Source of the DNA: a virus
Lineage: Duplodnaviria > Heunggongvirae > Uroviricota > Caudoviricetes
Reading direction: 5' to 3' (one strand)
IMG/VR virus record: IMGVR_UViG_3300021387_000463
Coordinates: 331,001-395,000 of that record
DNA length: 64,000 bases
The translations under genes were made by a program, and so were the position numbers. Shown here piece after piece: positions 9,258 through 20,600 of the stretch. The first letter of the stretch is position 1; each line of letters opens with the position of its first letter. The notes beneath the pieces are model-generated. The model saw only the letters and a list, made by a program, of their open reading frames with translations, had not been told where the DNA came from and searched no databases.

Positions 9258-9287
9258 ATATTCTTTGTATTTAAAAGTTATTTTTTG

Positions 9288-9319
9288 CAAAGATACTAAA
9301 AAAAACTGAGATAACCAAA
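9288..9319 (-). promoter_or_regulatory. Bacteroidetes-type promoter
   Basis: TTTG-N20-TATCTTTG. Confidence 0.8.
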
Positions 9320-9349
9320 TTTGTTAACCCAAATTAACAAAAAAAACGC

Positions 9350-9994
9350 TCAAGGATTTGTACCTTGGGCGTTTTGTTGTATTGCCATATATTCTCTTTT
9401 CACTTGGTTTATGCTTTGTAAAGCATCGATTATGATATTGCTATGACTAGAAAGCTCATTTGGATATTTACTTGCTAACCCTTGGAATCTAAGTGATATC
9501 TGTGCATAGCTGTTGTTCACTAATTCTGATAATTTAACACTTGGGATATTATTTGGATTACTGTTGTATTGGGTTGTATTTTGATTGTTCTGTGCGTTTG
9601 TTTCATTGCCGTTATTGCCAATGTATCCTCTTTTATATAGTTGTTTTCTAGCCCAGTTTGCACCTTTATAGAGACCATTTTCGAAGTCATTCCATAGATT
9701 ACCACCCAATTCACTTGGGTATTGTACACCATAATCACTCAGTCTGAAATCCTCATTCAAACTATTTGCTTTAACACATCTGTCTATAGCAAATATAACT
9801 TGAAATATATATGTACATAAATCATTAAGAAATGCGTCAATTTCCTTATTTTTGGTAAATCCCAAATTCTTTATATCTTCAGCATATTTCTTCAATGGCT
9901 GCATATATTTAGCTAATGGAGAAACATCAATTGCCTCAGATAATATCAGTCTGTTTATTTCTTCCCTTATTATTCTCTTATAATTAATATCCAT
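9350..9994 (-). CDS. hypothetical protein with IIREEINRLILSE leader (possible internal head protein)
   Basis: ORF; late motif at 10013-10021; start set at ATG 9994. Confidence 0.65.
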   Translation of the reverse strand: MDINYKRIIREEINRLILSEAIDVSPLAKYMQPLKKYAEDIKNLGFTKNKEIDAFLNDLCTYIFQVIFAIDRCVKANSLNEDFRLSDYGVQYPSELGGNLWNDFENGLYKGANWARKQLYKRGYIGNNGNETNAQNNQNTTQYNSNPNNIPSVKLSELVNNSYAQISLRFQGLASKYPNELSSHSNIIIDALQSINQVKREYMAIQQNAQGTNP

Positions 9995-10102
9995 AAACTG
10001 TTTTTGTTTATGTATAAATATCAAAATAAAATAAAAAAGAGCAACCGTTTATGATTGCTCTAATTTTAATATTTTCTTGGGGTAAGGTTGATATTGTAAA
10101 CA

Positions 10103-10456
10103 TTACATATGTGACCTAAGTAATTCTAGCTTTTCACTGAAATAAGATATTCTTTCTGTACAATGTTCTATCTCTTCATTAATTAACTTTTTTCTGTGTT
10201 TGATAGCATCACTTTCATTCCAAAATGCATTACAAATCCTAATTTCTCCCACTTTTTGGGAATTGGATGTTCTCTCATACAATACTTCATTATTATCATC
10301 CTTCACAGAATGAAGATATGCAATAGGAAAATGTTTTGTTATTACTCTACAATTTTCATGTTTTATTACTTGTGGAACACCATTCACTGTCCATACCGTG
10401 AAAATTGTATGTTTTTTCAATTTTCCATTTTTAATTATAACTACAGAATTATCCAT
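10103..10456 (-). CDS. hypothetical protein
   Basis: 117-aa ORF in minus-strand operon. Confidence 0.6.
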   Translation of the reverse strand: MDNSVVIIKNGKLKKHTIFTVWTVNGVPQVIKHENCRVITKHFPIAYLHSVKDDNNEVLYERTSNSQKVGEIRICNAFWNESDAIKHRKKLINEEIEHCTERISYFSEKLELLRSHM

Positions 10457-10464
10457 AATATTTT

Positions 10465-10881
10465 TTAAAATAAAGTTGATAATGTAAACATTAATTTTGA
10501 TTTTCCCTTTTTAATATTATATGGTGTGAGGTCAATTGTTGGAGTGATGTTCATGCCATACATCTTATTGAATTTCTCAGCCATTTCGGTGAATTCCTTG
10601 CCGTGATGACATTGTGGGTCAATTCCTTGATATGCAAGGTAATAGTGAATCATTTCGTGTACGATGATGTCTCTCAACTGAGACTCTGTATAATCGTAAT
10701 TATCACTTACCTCAATCGTTTGATTAAACATACATCCATCCTCGTCATACTCGCAAGAGAAGTATCCCAATGTCTTGAAAGAATGCCTTACCTTGAAATT
10801 TGGCGCTGGCAAATAATTATCAAAATAATCAAAATTATAAAGATGGAATGAAAAATAGATTGTATCCCTAGTAATCTCCAT
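10465..10881 (-). CDS. SprT-like zinc metalloprotease domain protein
   Basis: FNxxYF-like N-terminus, IIVHEMIHY (HExxH) and HGKEF motifs. Confidence 0.85.
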   Translation of the reverse strand: MEITRDTIYFSFHLYNFDYFDNYLPAPNFKVRHSFKTLGYFSCEYDEDGCMFNQTIEVSDNYDYTESQLRDIIVHEMIHYYLAYQGIDPQCHHGKEFTEMAEKFNKMYGMNITPTIDLTPYNIKKGKSKLMFTLSTLF

Positions 10882-10883
10882 AA

Positions 10884-11036
10884 TCAACCACAATATTTAC
10901 CAATCAAATATAATCCTCCAATCACGATTACAAGTCCAATGATAGTGCCAAGAACTCTTCCAATCAATGCTTGAATATATTCCCAAAAGGAGTTGTATTC
11001 CCAAATGAATCCTCCCCATTCTTCGTAAAATCTCAT
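10884..11036 (-). CDS. small membrane protein (50 aa)
   Basis: Hand-found MRFYEEWGGFIWEYNSFWEYIQALIGRVLGTIIGLVIVIGGLYLIGKYCG; follows promoter, stop 2 nt before SprT ATG. Confidence 0.6.
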   Translation of the reverse strand: MRFYEEWGGFIWEYNSFWEYIQALIGRVLGTIIGLVIVIGGLYLIGKYCG

Positions 11037-11062
11037 AACCTTTATTTTTTTTAATTCTGATG

Positions 11063-11093
11063 CAAAGATACGAAATAATTTTCATTTGGCAAA
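11063..11093 (-). promoter_or_regulatory. Bacteroidetes-type promoter
   Basis: TTTG-N19-TATCTTTG. Confidence 0.75.
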
Positions 11094-11157
11094 GAATAAA
11101 TTGTTAAAAAATGATAAATATCATATTTATCTATAAATTAAATAGGTAATCGATTAG

Positions 11158-13743
11158 ATGAATACATTATTAGCTAATACTTTAATAGCCGCAGCTGGCA
11201 TCATACGTGGTACTCTTGCAAGTGCCTTCAACTACCTTAATACCCTCATAAAGAGTGGTACTCAAGGTGCTATGCAGTTCCATCAAGAAGGTATTGCATT
11301 TGCTCGTGAAATGGGTATGAATGCCAAAGAAGCGCAAGCATATACAGAGGTTTTGACTGACCGTACTGAGAAACTTGCGATGAAATATGGCGTTGCTGCT
11401 GAACAAGTAAAGGAACTACAGAGGAACATTTCTGTTGCAACTAGTAGACAGTTGATGCTCAATGAGTCGCAAGCTGAAGGTTTCCTACAGTTGAACAAAC
11501 TTGTTGGTTCTAGCACTGTTACCAAGTTCACAGAGGAAATGATGAATGGCATGGGTGGACAACTCGATACCGTTCAAGGTGCTGTCTCAAAGGCTTATGC
11601 TACAGCAGCAAAGAGTGGTCTTAATGCCCAAAAGGTTACTGAAAAAATTGCTAATAACTTGAGTATGGCAAACAAGCTATCATTCCGTACAGGCATTGAT
11701 GGACTTACTCGTATGGCAATGCAAGCTGAGAAGGTTGGAATGAGTCTTTCAACTGTTGAATCAGTTGCAAATAATTTCATGGAAATTGATTCAGCAATTG
11801 AACATTCAGCAATGCTTAATATGTTAGGTGGTGCTGCTGGTATCTTTGGTGGTAATCCTCTTGATATGGCATATGAGGCAAATAACGACCCTGAAGCATT
11901 ACAGAAACGTATAACTTCAGCATTAGGAGGTTTAGCTAGTTTTGACTCAACAAAGGGTATTGCTTCGATGAATGGACTTAACATGGACTTTGCTAGAAAT
12001 ATAGCAAAGGCATTGGGAATGAGCCCAGATGAAGCAGTTAGAGTAGCAAAAAAGCAAGCTGAAGTTGGCTTTAAAGAACAAAACATAAGTTCATCTGTAA
12101 TGGCTGGTCTTACTCAAGAACAGCGTGACTTCTTAATCAATAAATCAAATGTAGCAAATGGTAAGACAACATATACAGCTAACGTAAATGGTAAATCTCA
12201 AACATTTGATTTAACTAAAGAAGCAGTCCCTAAAGAGGTTCTTGAGGAAATGATGAAATATGAGGGCATGTCTGACCGTGACATCATGGAAGAAAACGCT
12301 AGAAGCCTTTCATCAATTAATGAGATATTGACTGGAATTAAGACTTCAATAACAGCTATGTTTGCAAAATTCATTGAAGGACTATTCCCTGAAATGCAAG
12401 GAGATGTTAAAAAAGCTGGTGAATGGCTCAAAAATAAATTAGAACCTATAGCTAAAGATATTAGAGAAAGTGCTAGAAGCGCATATAACTGGGTTAAAGA
12501 AAATAAAGAATTAATCAAAACAGCCGCTAGTGGCCTTATAGGATTTATCAAAGGTTTCACATCACTGATAACACCTATTTTGAACTTTGCAAAGGATTGG
12601 CCTAAGACAAGTGCTGCCATTATTGCAGCAATTTGGGGCGCTAAAGCTCTTGGTAAAATGGGACTTGGAAGAGGTATTGGACGAGGTGCTAGAGGAGCTG
12701 CTAGAAGTGGTGGAGGACGTTTACTAGGAAAAATTGGCAGAGGTTTAGCGAAAGCGTTCAAATCTGGAGGTTCAGCTTTAAAGAAGGCTGCAATCGCTGC
12801 TGGAAAGAGTCTAACTAAAGGCGCTATTGCTGGAGCACGTGGGCTTAATAACTTATTAACTAAAGGGAAACATTCTCATACTTTAAAACAAGCTTGGGGT
12901 ACTGCCAAAGGAACTTTTAAAAGAACAAGTGGGTCAACTGCTAGACAATTGTTGCATGGTGGAAAAGCTTTATGGAATAACTCTGGATTAGTTAGAGGTT
13001 TAGTTAGAGGAGGAGGCATTGGAATCGCTGGTATGGTTGGAAACTATGCCACTGATAAAATGGCTGAAAGCGGCACTATATCAAAGGGTGGGGTAGCCCA
13101 TTCAGCACTAAAAGCTGTATCAACTGGTGCAGAATATGCTGCTTTAGGGGCTACAATCGGAAGTATCATTCCTGGAATTGGTACTGGAATCGGTGCTGGT
13201 GCTGGTTTTATAGCAGGAGCAATAAAAGGACTTTATGATGCCCAGAAGAGCAAGGGAGAAGCTGCTGAGGCAGCAAATTCTTCATTAAATAAAACTAACT
13301 TTGATGGAGGAGGTGCAGTAGGTGGTGCTAAAGGTAAGCCATATCAAGTGACTGTACACGGTGGTGAAGGCGTAATTACTCCGCAGCAGTTCAACTCAGT
13401 ATTTGGTGAAACTCCAGTTAAACCAAAGAAGTCTCTTGGCGAAGCTGAGTATATTTATAAGCCAAACAGAACTGAAACATCAAGTATAAATGGCAATACA
13501 ATTACAGTTAAGGACTTTAATATTAATATAAATGGTACATTGAAGCTTGATGGCGGTAAATCATATAAGAATATTGATGTTAACGAATTATTAAGAGACC
13601 AAGCATTTATGACATCACTTAAGAATATGATTAAGACATCAATCAACCAAGATATTAATGGTGGTAGATTCATGAATGACTTGGCTACAATGAGTGGATT
13701 CCCAGCACAGACAAGTATATATGGAAAACACGCAAACCTTTAA
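11158..13743 (+). CDS. tail tape measure protein
   Basis: 861 aa, Ala/Gly-rich helical, GAxIGSIIPGIGTGIGA glycine zipper; between chaperone and baseplate genes. Confidence 0.75.
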   Translation: MNTLLANTLIAAAGIIRGTLASAFNYLNTLIKSGTQGAMQFHQEGIAFAREMGMNAKEAQAYTEVLTDRTEKLAMKYGVAAEQVKELQRNISVATSRQLMLNESQAEGFLQLNKLVGSSTVTKFTEEMMNGMGGQLDTVQGAVSKAYATAAKSGLNAQKVTEKIANNLSMANKLSFRTGIDGLTRMAMQAEKVGMSLSTVESVANNFMEIDSAIEHSAMLNMLGGAAGIFGGNPLDMAYEANNDPEALQKRITSALGGLASFDSTKGIASMNGLNMDFARNIAKALGMSPDEAVRVAKKQAEVGFKEQNISSSVMAGLTQEQRDFLINKSNVANGKTTYTANVNGKSQTFDLTKEAVPKEVLEEMMKYEGMSDRDIMEENARSLSSINEILTGIKTSITAMFAKFIEGLFPEMQGDVKKAGEWLKNKLEPIAKDIRESARSAYNWVKENKELIKTAASGLIGFIKGFTSLITPILNFAKDWPKTSAAIIAAIWGAKALGKMGLGRGIGRGARGAARSGGGRLLGKIGRGLAKAFKSGGSALKKAAIAAGKSLTKGAIAGARGLNNLLTKGKHSHTLKQAWGTAKGTFKRTSGSTARQLLHGGKALWNNSGLVRGLVRGGGIGIAGMVGNYATDKMAESGTISKGGVAHSALKAVSTGAEYAALGATIGSIIPGIGTGIGAGAGFIAGAIKGLYDAQKSKGEAAEAANSSLNKTNFDGGGAVGGAKGKPYQVTVHGGEGVITPQQFNSVFGETPVKPKKSLGEAEYIYKPNRTETSSINGNTITVKDFNININGTLKLDGGKSYKNIDVNELLRDQAFMTSLKNMIKTSINQDINGGRFMNDLATMSGFPAQTSIYGKHANL

Positions 13744-13774
13744 TTATTTTAAAAAATAAGTTATATTTTATATT

Positions 13775-16700
13775 ATGAATGTTAAGGATGCTAGCTTAAA
13801 GAATATAGGTAATGCTATAAAGAATGCTGCTTCGGATTTATTGACAAATAACGATTTCATTTCTAGAACAATAGGAATGACTGCATCTTATGATGACATC
13901 ATGTTCATTGTGCAATCACTTGGACGTGAGCCTATCAGTTTGTTGGGAAAAGACTATCCGTTCATTTTTGACCACGTGAGAAGGAATTTCCAACAAGGAG
14001 TTAGCATACCTAGCATGATGTATGGTGGTGGTGAATATGGCTGTCCAAAGTTCACATTCTATAAAGACCCACCAACAGTTAGATTCGCAGACCCATATCA
14101 AGACCCACTTAACCTTTTGGATAGGTGGACTCCTAATATGACCTTCGAAACCACCTTGTCTGAACAAGTTGGTAAGTTCTATGCTGAATCAAACGATGGG
14201 GAAAACAACAATAAAACAATCTCTCATGCAGTGTCTAACATGGGTGTTGGCCATGAGAGATATTCAACTAGTTTCGATAATGTTGCTACTTGCGATTTGA
14301 TAAAGAAAACAAACGATAATTTCAAATATGGCAAGTATAAGACATTGGTTGCTAGATTCCACACAAACAGTATGGACTCAAGAGACCCAGAAGATACAAC
14401 ACAGACTGCCTTTACAAACAAATACGGTATGTCTCATGGTAGAAACTTGTTGAAGATTGAACCAGATAGCCCTAATGGTTATAACAACCCATATTGTCGT
14501 GTGTGGACTTATCACCATCAATACCATAGAATTGCAGATGCAATCAGGCCTTTTGGTGATATTAATTCAGAAGAAAGGTATGAGAAACGTGAACTTGGAA
14601 ACAAATATGGTAAAGGGGGCTTCAGAACAGTTGGTGATGAACACTTTGATGGTGGCAGCAAAAGGTTAGATAAACATGGTGTTCTTAACTATGAAAATGG
14701 TTTTGTTAACATTGCACCAACAGCTAAGATTAAGGACTATTTTGATGGAAAGGCTGATGATGAAAAGGCTGTTTCAACAAAGAAATGTATGTTCTCAATC
14801 GAAAATCTTGCGTGGAGAGACACAAACGTAAATAATAAAGAATACGATGCGAATGGTCTTTCTCCAGAGCAAAGAGGCCCACTTGGAGGCAGAATTATGT
14901 GGTTTCCACCTTATGACCTTACATTCAGTGAAGATGTTTCGGTTGATTGGAACGGTAATAAATTCATAGGTAGAGGTGAACAAATCTATACTTATACAAA
15001 TACTGATAGAAGAGGTAACTTATCATTTACCCTTATCATTGACCATCCATCTATATTAGATTATTGGACTGGACATCAACGTAATGACCAATCAAATATG
15101 GGTCAATCATTAATTGGCGGTAACGATGGTGGCGTTGATGAAATTTGGAATCAAGAGAACACGTTATTGCGTTTCTTCGCTGGTTGTCAAGTACTTACAG
15201 CAAAACCACAAGAGTTCTCTCATACAGCTATTCCTAAAGATGAGGAAGCAGATAAGGGAGACCCAACACCAGAACCAGATGTACCAGCTCCAGATGAAAC
15301 TGTAACAAAAACTCATAAGAAGATACAAGTATTGTTGTTCTATCCTAACAACTATAGTGGTAAGGATGATGGTAGCAATTCAGTAAATCCAGTGTGGTAT
15401 TTGATGAATGGTGTAGGTACACAGAAATATATTAATGATTCAACAAAATATGCTGAAGATATACCTACAACATTAAGTAGTAAACCAAAAGTCGTTTACG
15501 GAGAAACACCTATGGATTTCAATGGTGGCTATGAAACGTCTCCATCTGACCTAGCAATGGTTGGTGGTATATCACTTACGATTGCTAATCTTAATGAAGA
15601 CCATTCAGATATTGTGAAGTCATATGCTGATACAACTTCTAAGGAAAGAAAAGGACAATATTTAACTGGTCCTAGTGGTACAATATTTAAAGCCACATAC
15701 GGAAGCACAAATTATGATTTGGCTAAGATTGTAGGTTCTAAGGCTATGGGACTTGGTAGTGCTTATGACAATAACTTAAGTGGTAAAGACCATCTTTGGT
15801 ATCGTAAACGTTACTACTACAGAGTTGATAAGGAATATGAGAATCAAGACTTCTCAAATACTGACAGCTATCTTGATGTTGGTTCTTGTGCATTGAACTC
15901 AACTGGCTACACTAGTGCTAGAAATGTTAAGGAGTTTGAGATTGAGAAAGAATCTGACACATTCAAATTGGTTAGCTTCAAAGATTTATTCGTTGCCTTG
16001 GAGGAATCTAACAAAGCCGTTGACGCTGCTAATGAAGATAAGGTAAAGGAAATCAAGAAGATTTTAACTGATAAAGATAGATACGAGATAACTAGTCTTA
16101 AGTACTTTGGTCATGCTTCTTATCAAGGTAGGAAAAATTCTAACAATGACCTAGCTAAGAACAGAGCCAATACTCTTAAGAAATGGCTTGAAGGATTTGA
16201 TGTATTTAAGGGTGTTAAGGCTGAACAACCAATAATTAAGAATCAGAGTGAGAAACCTGTAATCAATGTTGGAGGTAACAGTGAAATTAACACTAAACTA
16301 TGGAGAAGTGCCTCAGTAATCATTGAATATGATGAGTTGTCTGTTTCTAATGCAGTTGAAACAAAGTCAGTTGCTCAAACAGATGCGAATGGTAATGCTG
16401 TTAAGGATAAAAATACTCAACAAGTATTAAAGCAAGTTGATAAGGTTGAAATACCTAATGGAAAACAATCTCCTAATTGGTCTAATGTGAACAATCCATA
16501 TATGGCTAATGACCCAACCAATTCTTTGCTATCGGATAATAGATTAGACCCATTAACTGGAAAGTTGATTTCTAAAGAAGAATACAATACAATGAATGGT
16601 AAAAGTAATGATACAACTTCTGAAGCCAAAGGAAAGGATGATAACAAACAAGAAAAAAATGAAACAGTAAAAAGATATGACAATGAAGGTGAATTCTTTG

Positions 16701-17365
16701 AATTACTTGATAGAGAAGCGCCATTCTTACATCACTTGATTACTGAGAAAATAAGATATTTTGACCCAGCTTATCATTCAATAAGCCCAGAGGGATTTAA
16801 CTCAAGACTTACATTCTTGCATCAATGTACAAGACAAGGAGCAACTATTGAAGCTGGAAGTAGCAATGAGTATACTGCATATAACTTGGCATTTGGTAGA
16901 CCTCCAATCTGTGTATTGAGACTTGGTGATTTCTATTATACAAAGATAATTATTAACACCTTAAGTATACAATATGAGAGTCCACAATGGGATTTGAACC
17001 CAGAGGGTATTGGCGTTATGCCAATGTTTGCTAAGATAAATATTGGCTTTACATTCCTTGGCGGTAGCGACCTTGCTGGTCCAATTGCACGTCTTCAGAA
17101 TGCTGTTTCATTCAATTATTACGCTAATACTAGTGTATATGATGACCGTGCTGAAATGGTTGAATATGATGATGATGGCAGTGGAAAGGTTAAGAAATTC
17201 AAAGGATGGATATATCAACCTAAGAAAAAGAAGAGAAAGGGTTATGTTGATAAAGATGAAGATTTAAGATGGCTTGAAGGTTTCTACAATAATGTAAATG
17301 TTAGTAACTCTGAAAAAATGCAAAGTGATGACAGAATAAAGAATTATGATAATAACTTTAAATAA
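13775..17365 (+). CDS. large baseplate / tube-initiator-like protein with internal OmpA-like domain
   Basis: WFPPYDLTFSEDVSVDW..FIGRGEQIYTY..RRGNLSF and PPICVLRLGDFY..QWDLNPEG baseplate-type motifs; GHAS..NNDLAKNRA..WRSA OmpA-like. Confidence 0.65.
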   Translation: MNVKDASLKNIGNAIKNAASDLLTNNDFISRTIGMTASYDDIMFIVQSLGREPISLLGKDYPFIFDHVRRNFQQGVSIPSMMYGGGEYGCPKFTFYKDPPTVRFADPYQDPLNLLDRWTPNMTFETTLSEQVGKFYAESNDGENNNKTISHAVSNMGVGHERYSTSFDNVATCDLIKKTNDNFKYGKYKTLVARFHTNSMDSRDPEDTTQTAFTNKYGMSHGRNLLKIEPDSPNGYNNPYCRVWTYHHQYHRIADAIRPFGDINSEERYEKRELGNKYGKGGFRTVGDEHFDGGSKRLDKHGVLNYENGFVNIAPTAKIKDYFDGKADDEKAVSTKKCMFSIENLAWRDTNVNNKEYDANGLSPEQRGPLGGRIMWFPPYDLTFSEDVSVDWNGNKFIGRGEQIYTYTNTDRRGNLSFTLIIDHPSILDYWTGHQRNDQSNMGQSLIGGNDGGVDEIWNQENTLLRFFAGCQVLTAKPQEFSHTAIPKDEEADKGDPTPEPDVPAPDETVTKTHKKIQVLLFYPNNYSGKDDGSNSVNPVWYLMNGVGTQKYINDSTKYAEDIPTTLSSKPKVVYGETPMDFNGGYETSPSDLAMVGGISLTIANLNEDHSDIVKSYADTTSKERKGQYLTGPSGTIFKATYGSTNYDLAKIVGSKAMGLGSAYDNNLSGKDHLWYRKRYYYRVDKEYENQDFSNTDSYLDVGSCALNSTGYTSARNVKEFEIEKESDTFKLVSFKDLFVALEESNKAVDAANEDKVKEIKKILTDKDRYEITSLKYFGHASYQGRKNSNNDLAKNRANTLKKWLEGFDVFKGVKAEQPIIKNQSEKPVINVGGNSEINTKLWRSASVIIEYDELSVSNAVETKSVAQTDANGNAVKDKNTQQVLKQVDKVEIPNGKQSPNWSNVNNPYMANDPTNSLLSDNRLDPLTGKLISKEEYNTMNGKSNDTTSEAKGKDDNKQEKNETVKRYDNEGEFFELLDREAPFLHHLITEKIRYFDPAYHSISPEGFNSRLTFLHQCTRQGATIEAGSSNEYTAYNLAFGRPPICVLRLGDFYYTKIIINTLSIQYESPQWDLNPEGIGVMPMFAKINIGFTFLGGSDLAGPIARLQNAVSFNYYANTSVYDDRAEMVEYDDDGSGKVKKFKGWIYQPKKKKRKGYVDKDEDLRWLEGFYNNVNVSNSEKMQSDDRIKNYDNNFK

Positions 17366-17368
17366 TAT

Positions 17369-17686
17369 ATGAATTATAAGAGATATGATTCTTTTACATC
17401 GAATGGTAGCTATAAGAAAGTACCTTTTATTGAAATTCCAGTAAGAGGTACTGACTGCTACGCATTTTATGAAGTTGGTAAGACAAGATTAGATTTATTG
17501 TCTTACCAATATTATAATAACCCTAATTATGGTTGGCTTATATTGCAAGCAAACCCTCAATATGGTTCATTGGAATTTAAGATTGAGAATGGCTCTAAGA
17601 TAAGAATCCCTTACCCACTTGAGCAAGTAATTCAAGGTTATGAAAATGACATTACAAAATATGTAAAATTATACGGTTTAAATTAA
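17369..17686 (+). CDS. baseplate wedge protein (gp53/LysM-like)
   Basis: TRLDLLSYQYYNNPNYGWLILQANP..KIRIP. Confidence 0.8.
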   Translation: MNYKRYDSFTSNGSYKKVPFIEIPVRGTDCYAFYEVGKTRLDLLSYQYYNNPNYGWLILQANPQYGSLEFKIENGSKIRIPYPLEQVIQGYENDITKYVKLYGLN

Positions 17687-17693
17687 ATAAAAT

Positions 17694-20600
17694 ATGGCAA
17701 CACAAACAGGACCACATTCAAGTGTACAATATGTAGAGCCTAATCGTTATGATGATATTAGCACATTCAAAAAGGGCATTAGTGTTAATGGCGAACAATT
17801 CGAGAAGATAATTGACCCTGAAAATTATTGTATCGGAGTTTCACTCACAACATCATTGTGCAATAGAGGCTTTCAAGTTACTGATGATAAAACAGCAGTA
17901 ACGCTTAATTGTGACATGACAAATAGTGGTTCAAAAGTTAGTTTCATGTCTGGCCGACTTATAAAGACTGTTAATTATGATAATGAAATACCATATTTAA
18001 CAACCGATTATGCAGACATGTATATTACTGACTTGCAAGACTTTGGAACAACAGAAATGATTGGTATTAAGTCAATAAATATTGATTTTGAAAATGCAGT
18101 TTTACCTGTAATTACAATTCAGTTTACTGACGTAAGGGGTATGTCATTATTTACCCCAAAAGAATTATCAAGACTTAAAGATGTTCCTAGAGGTGGTGAT
18201 GTAACTAAGGATAATGTTGCACAATTCTTTTTCCAATGTTTCTTCAAATTCCCTTATCCAAAGTTTAATATTACTGTTAAGGGATTCTATGGAAGACCAG
18301 TTTCTTATGAGGTAACATGCGATAAGTTTGAAACCAATTTCAATTCCGAAACTGGTAATTTCGATGTGACAGCACGTTTCATTGGTTATAAGTATTCTTT
18401 CTTAACTGATATATCATTGGAGCTGCTTGAGGCTGCTCCATATTGTGATTTCTTGGGTAAAGATTATTGGGAAGAGAAAAAACAGAAAGATTTCCAAGTA
18501 ACAAATGTATATGGTGCTAAAGTACCTATGCCTACACTTGTCGAAATAAGAAACAAGATAAAGGATATACTGACAAATGGAGACCTAGAACAAACGGAAA
18601 CAACCATAACTGAAGAAGACAATACCCATGACGAGGAAAGAAGAAGCCTAGAGGAAATCAAAAAAACATACTACTCTTGGTATGAGCAATTAATCCAAGA
18701 GGCTAACAAAAAATATGGCGAAAAACACGTTTTCATATATAAGAATGAGGATGGTGACTATCAAAGAGTTATTATCTTAATACCTAGCGATTACGCATCA
18801 AATGATATGTCGCAAGATTATCAACAGATGCTTGAAACGCAAAAGGTAAACAATGACTTGTGTGCATTGATTAAAAAGTATAATGAGGCTTACGGACAAG
18901 GTAATAAGTTGGATGAGATTTCTGAAGACTTCAAGGGATACGTTAAGGCCCCATTGTTCAACGATTTAACAACAAAAGACACATTTAATGGCTTGGTTGA
19001 AAATTGTAAGATACCAGAATATATTGTTGAGAGAATTATGTTGGGTAAGAATAAGGAAGCAACACTTGAGACGGTATTTAATAATGGTAATCCACCACAA
19101 TATACTCATTGCTTTGATATTGATGTAGACTATTCTACAATACAATCAAGAATTAACAGTCTAACCGAAGATGCCAATAAGTCATACCTTCAAAAGAGAA
19201 AAGAAAAGGAAATACATAATAAAAACATAAAGTTGATAGGCGAATTAGGTTTCAATCCTACTGTATCTAATGTCACCAAAATTATCATGGCTCATCTTGA
19301 GACATTGATGCATATGATATACAATGTAACTGATGCTATCAAGAATGACTCAAGTAGAACACCTAGTGCTTGGGGTATAAGTTGTGGTAAAGATGGTACT
19401 TGTCCAGATATTGACTGTGATACAACTCGTATTCCACCGTTCCCAAGAGTTACTGAACAAGTGGAAGATAGCGGTACTAAAAAGCAACAAGATATGTGGA
19501 TTGGAAAACTTGACAAGGATTCAATTAAAGAGGTTGACCTTGTTGAGACATTCTTTAATGCCATTGAGGAAATAGACAGACTTATTACTGAAACTGATAG
19601 AAAGATTGAAGAAACAAAGGAAGCAAGACAAGAGGCAGCTAAAGGTGAAGAACGTTGCGTGGTAAAATACCCAACAACTTCATTCGACTTCTTCTTGAAT
19701 TCAAAATTGTATGGCAATGACGTTGTAGAAGATATTGATAAATTATCTGGGGCAATCTCATTACGTATGTTCAGCGTATTATGCCTAAACTTCTACGCTA
19801 ATCAGTGCGGAAAGAATGTGTGGAAGAATAAGGCTGCTCAGTTGGGTAGAGTTGAAGCACACAACTTTGTTGATAGTGTTAACGTTGAAACTAATCCTAA
19901 ATTGCGTGATTGGATTAGACTAGGAACTGGAGAATTAAATGCTGATAACATCATTAAGACAATACAATCAAAGGAAGGAAAATACCCTTGGTCATTTGAT
20001 AGTGGAAATCCAACAGCAAAACCTTTGTTCGATTCATCAGCTTGGTTATCTAGATACCAATGTAATCCGTTGAATGTAACAGCAGAACATGGATATTCAT
20101 ACATGTATCCAGTTCAAAACATATCATTTGACAAGATTAAGGAAAATTATGGTATATTCTCTAATGGTGATTCTCAAGATAGTAAGGACGTTTTAATGTC
20201 TTGTCCATCTGTGGAAATAAACTCAATAGATATAACCTCATATAACTGTCATAACAGCCTTATAATTGAAAATAACGTCAATAAGGTGAAGGACATGCTC
20301 GATAAAGCCATGTCCGAGTCTGTTAGCTCATATACTGAGGTAACTAATGCATTGTCTGGAAAAACCACTTTAGAAGAGGCTATTGAAGGATACTATAGCA
20401 AGATTTTCAAGACTGAAGGACTTAGTTCTTTCTGTAAGAAGAATGGCGTTAAAAAGGGTGATGATATAGTTAATTATCGTAAGGATAGTGATGAAGCATT
20501 CTTTGTGTTCTTGAAAGATAAAAAGATTGTACTAACTGATAAGGATAGTAGTGTAACATATACAAGCACTCCAGAGGATTTGGAGCAATACTTTAATAAT

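Noticed and set aside
10897-11085. Track ORF of 62 aa
   Set aside because: Starts inside the promoter; the 10884..11036 frame fits better
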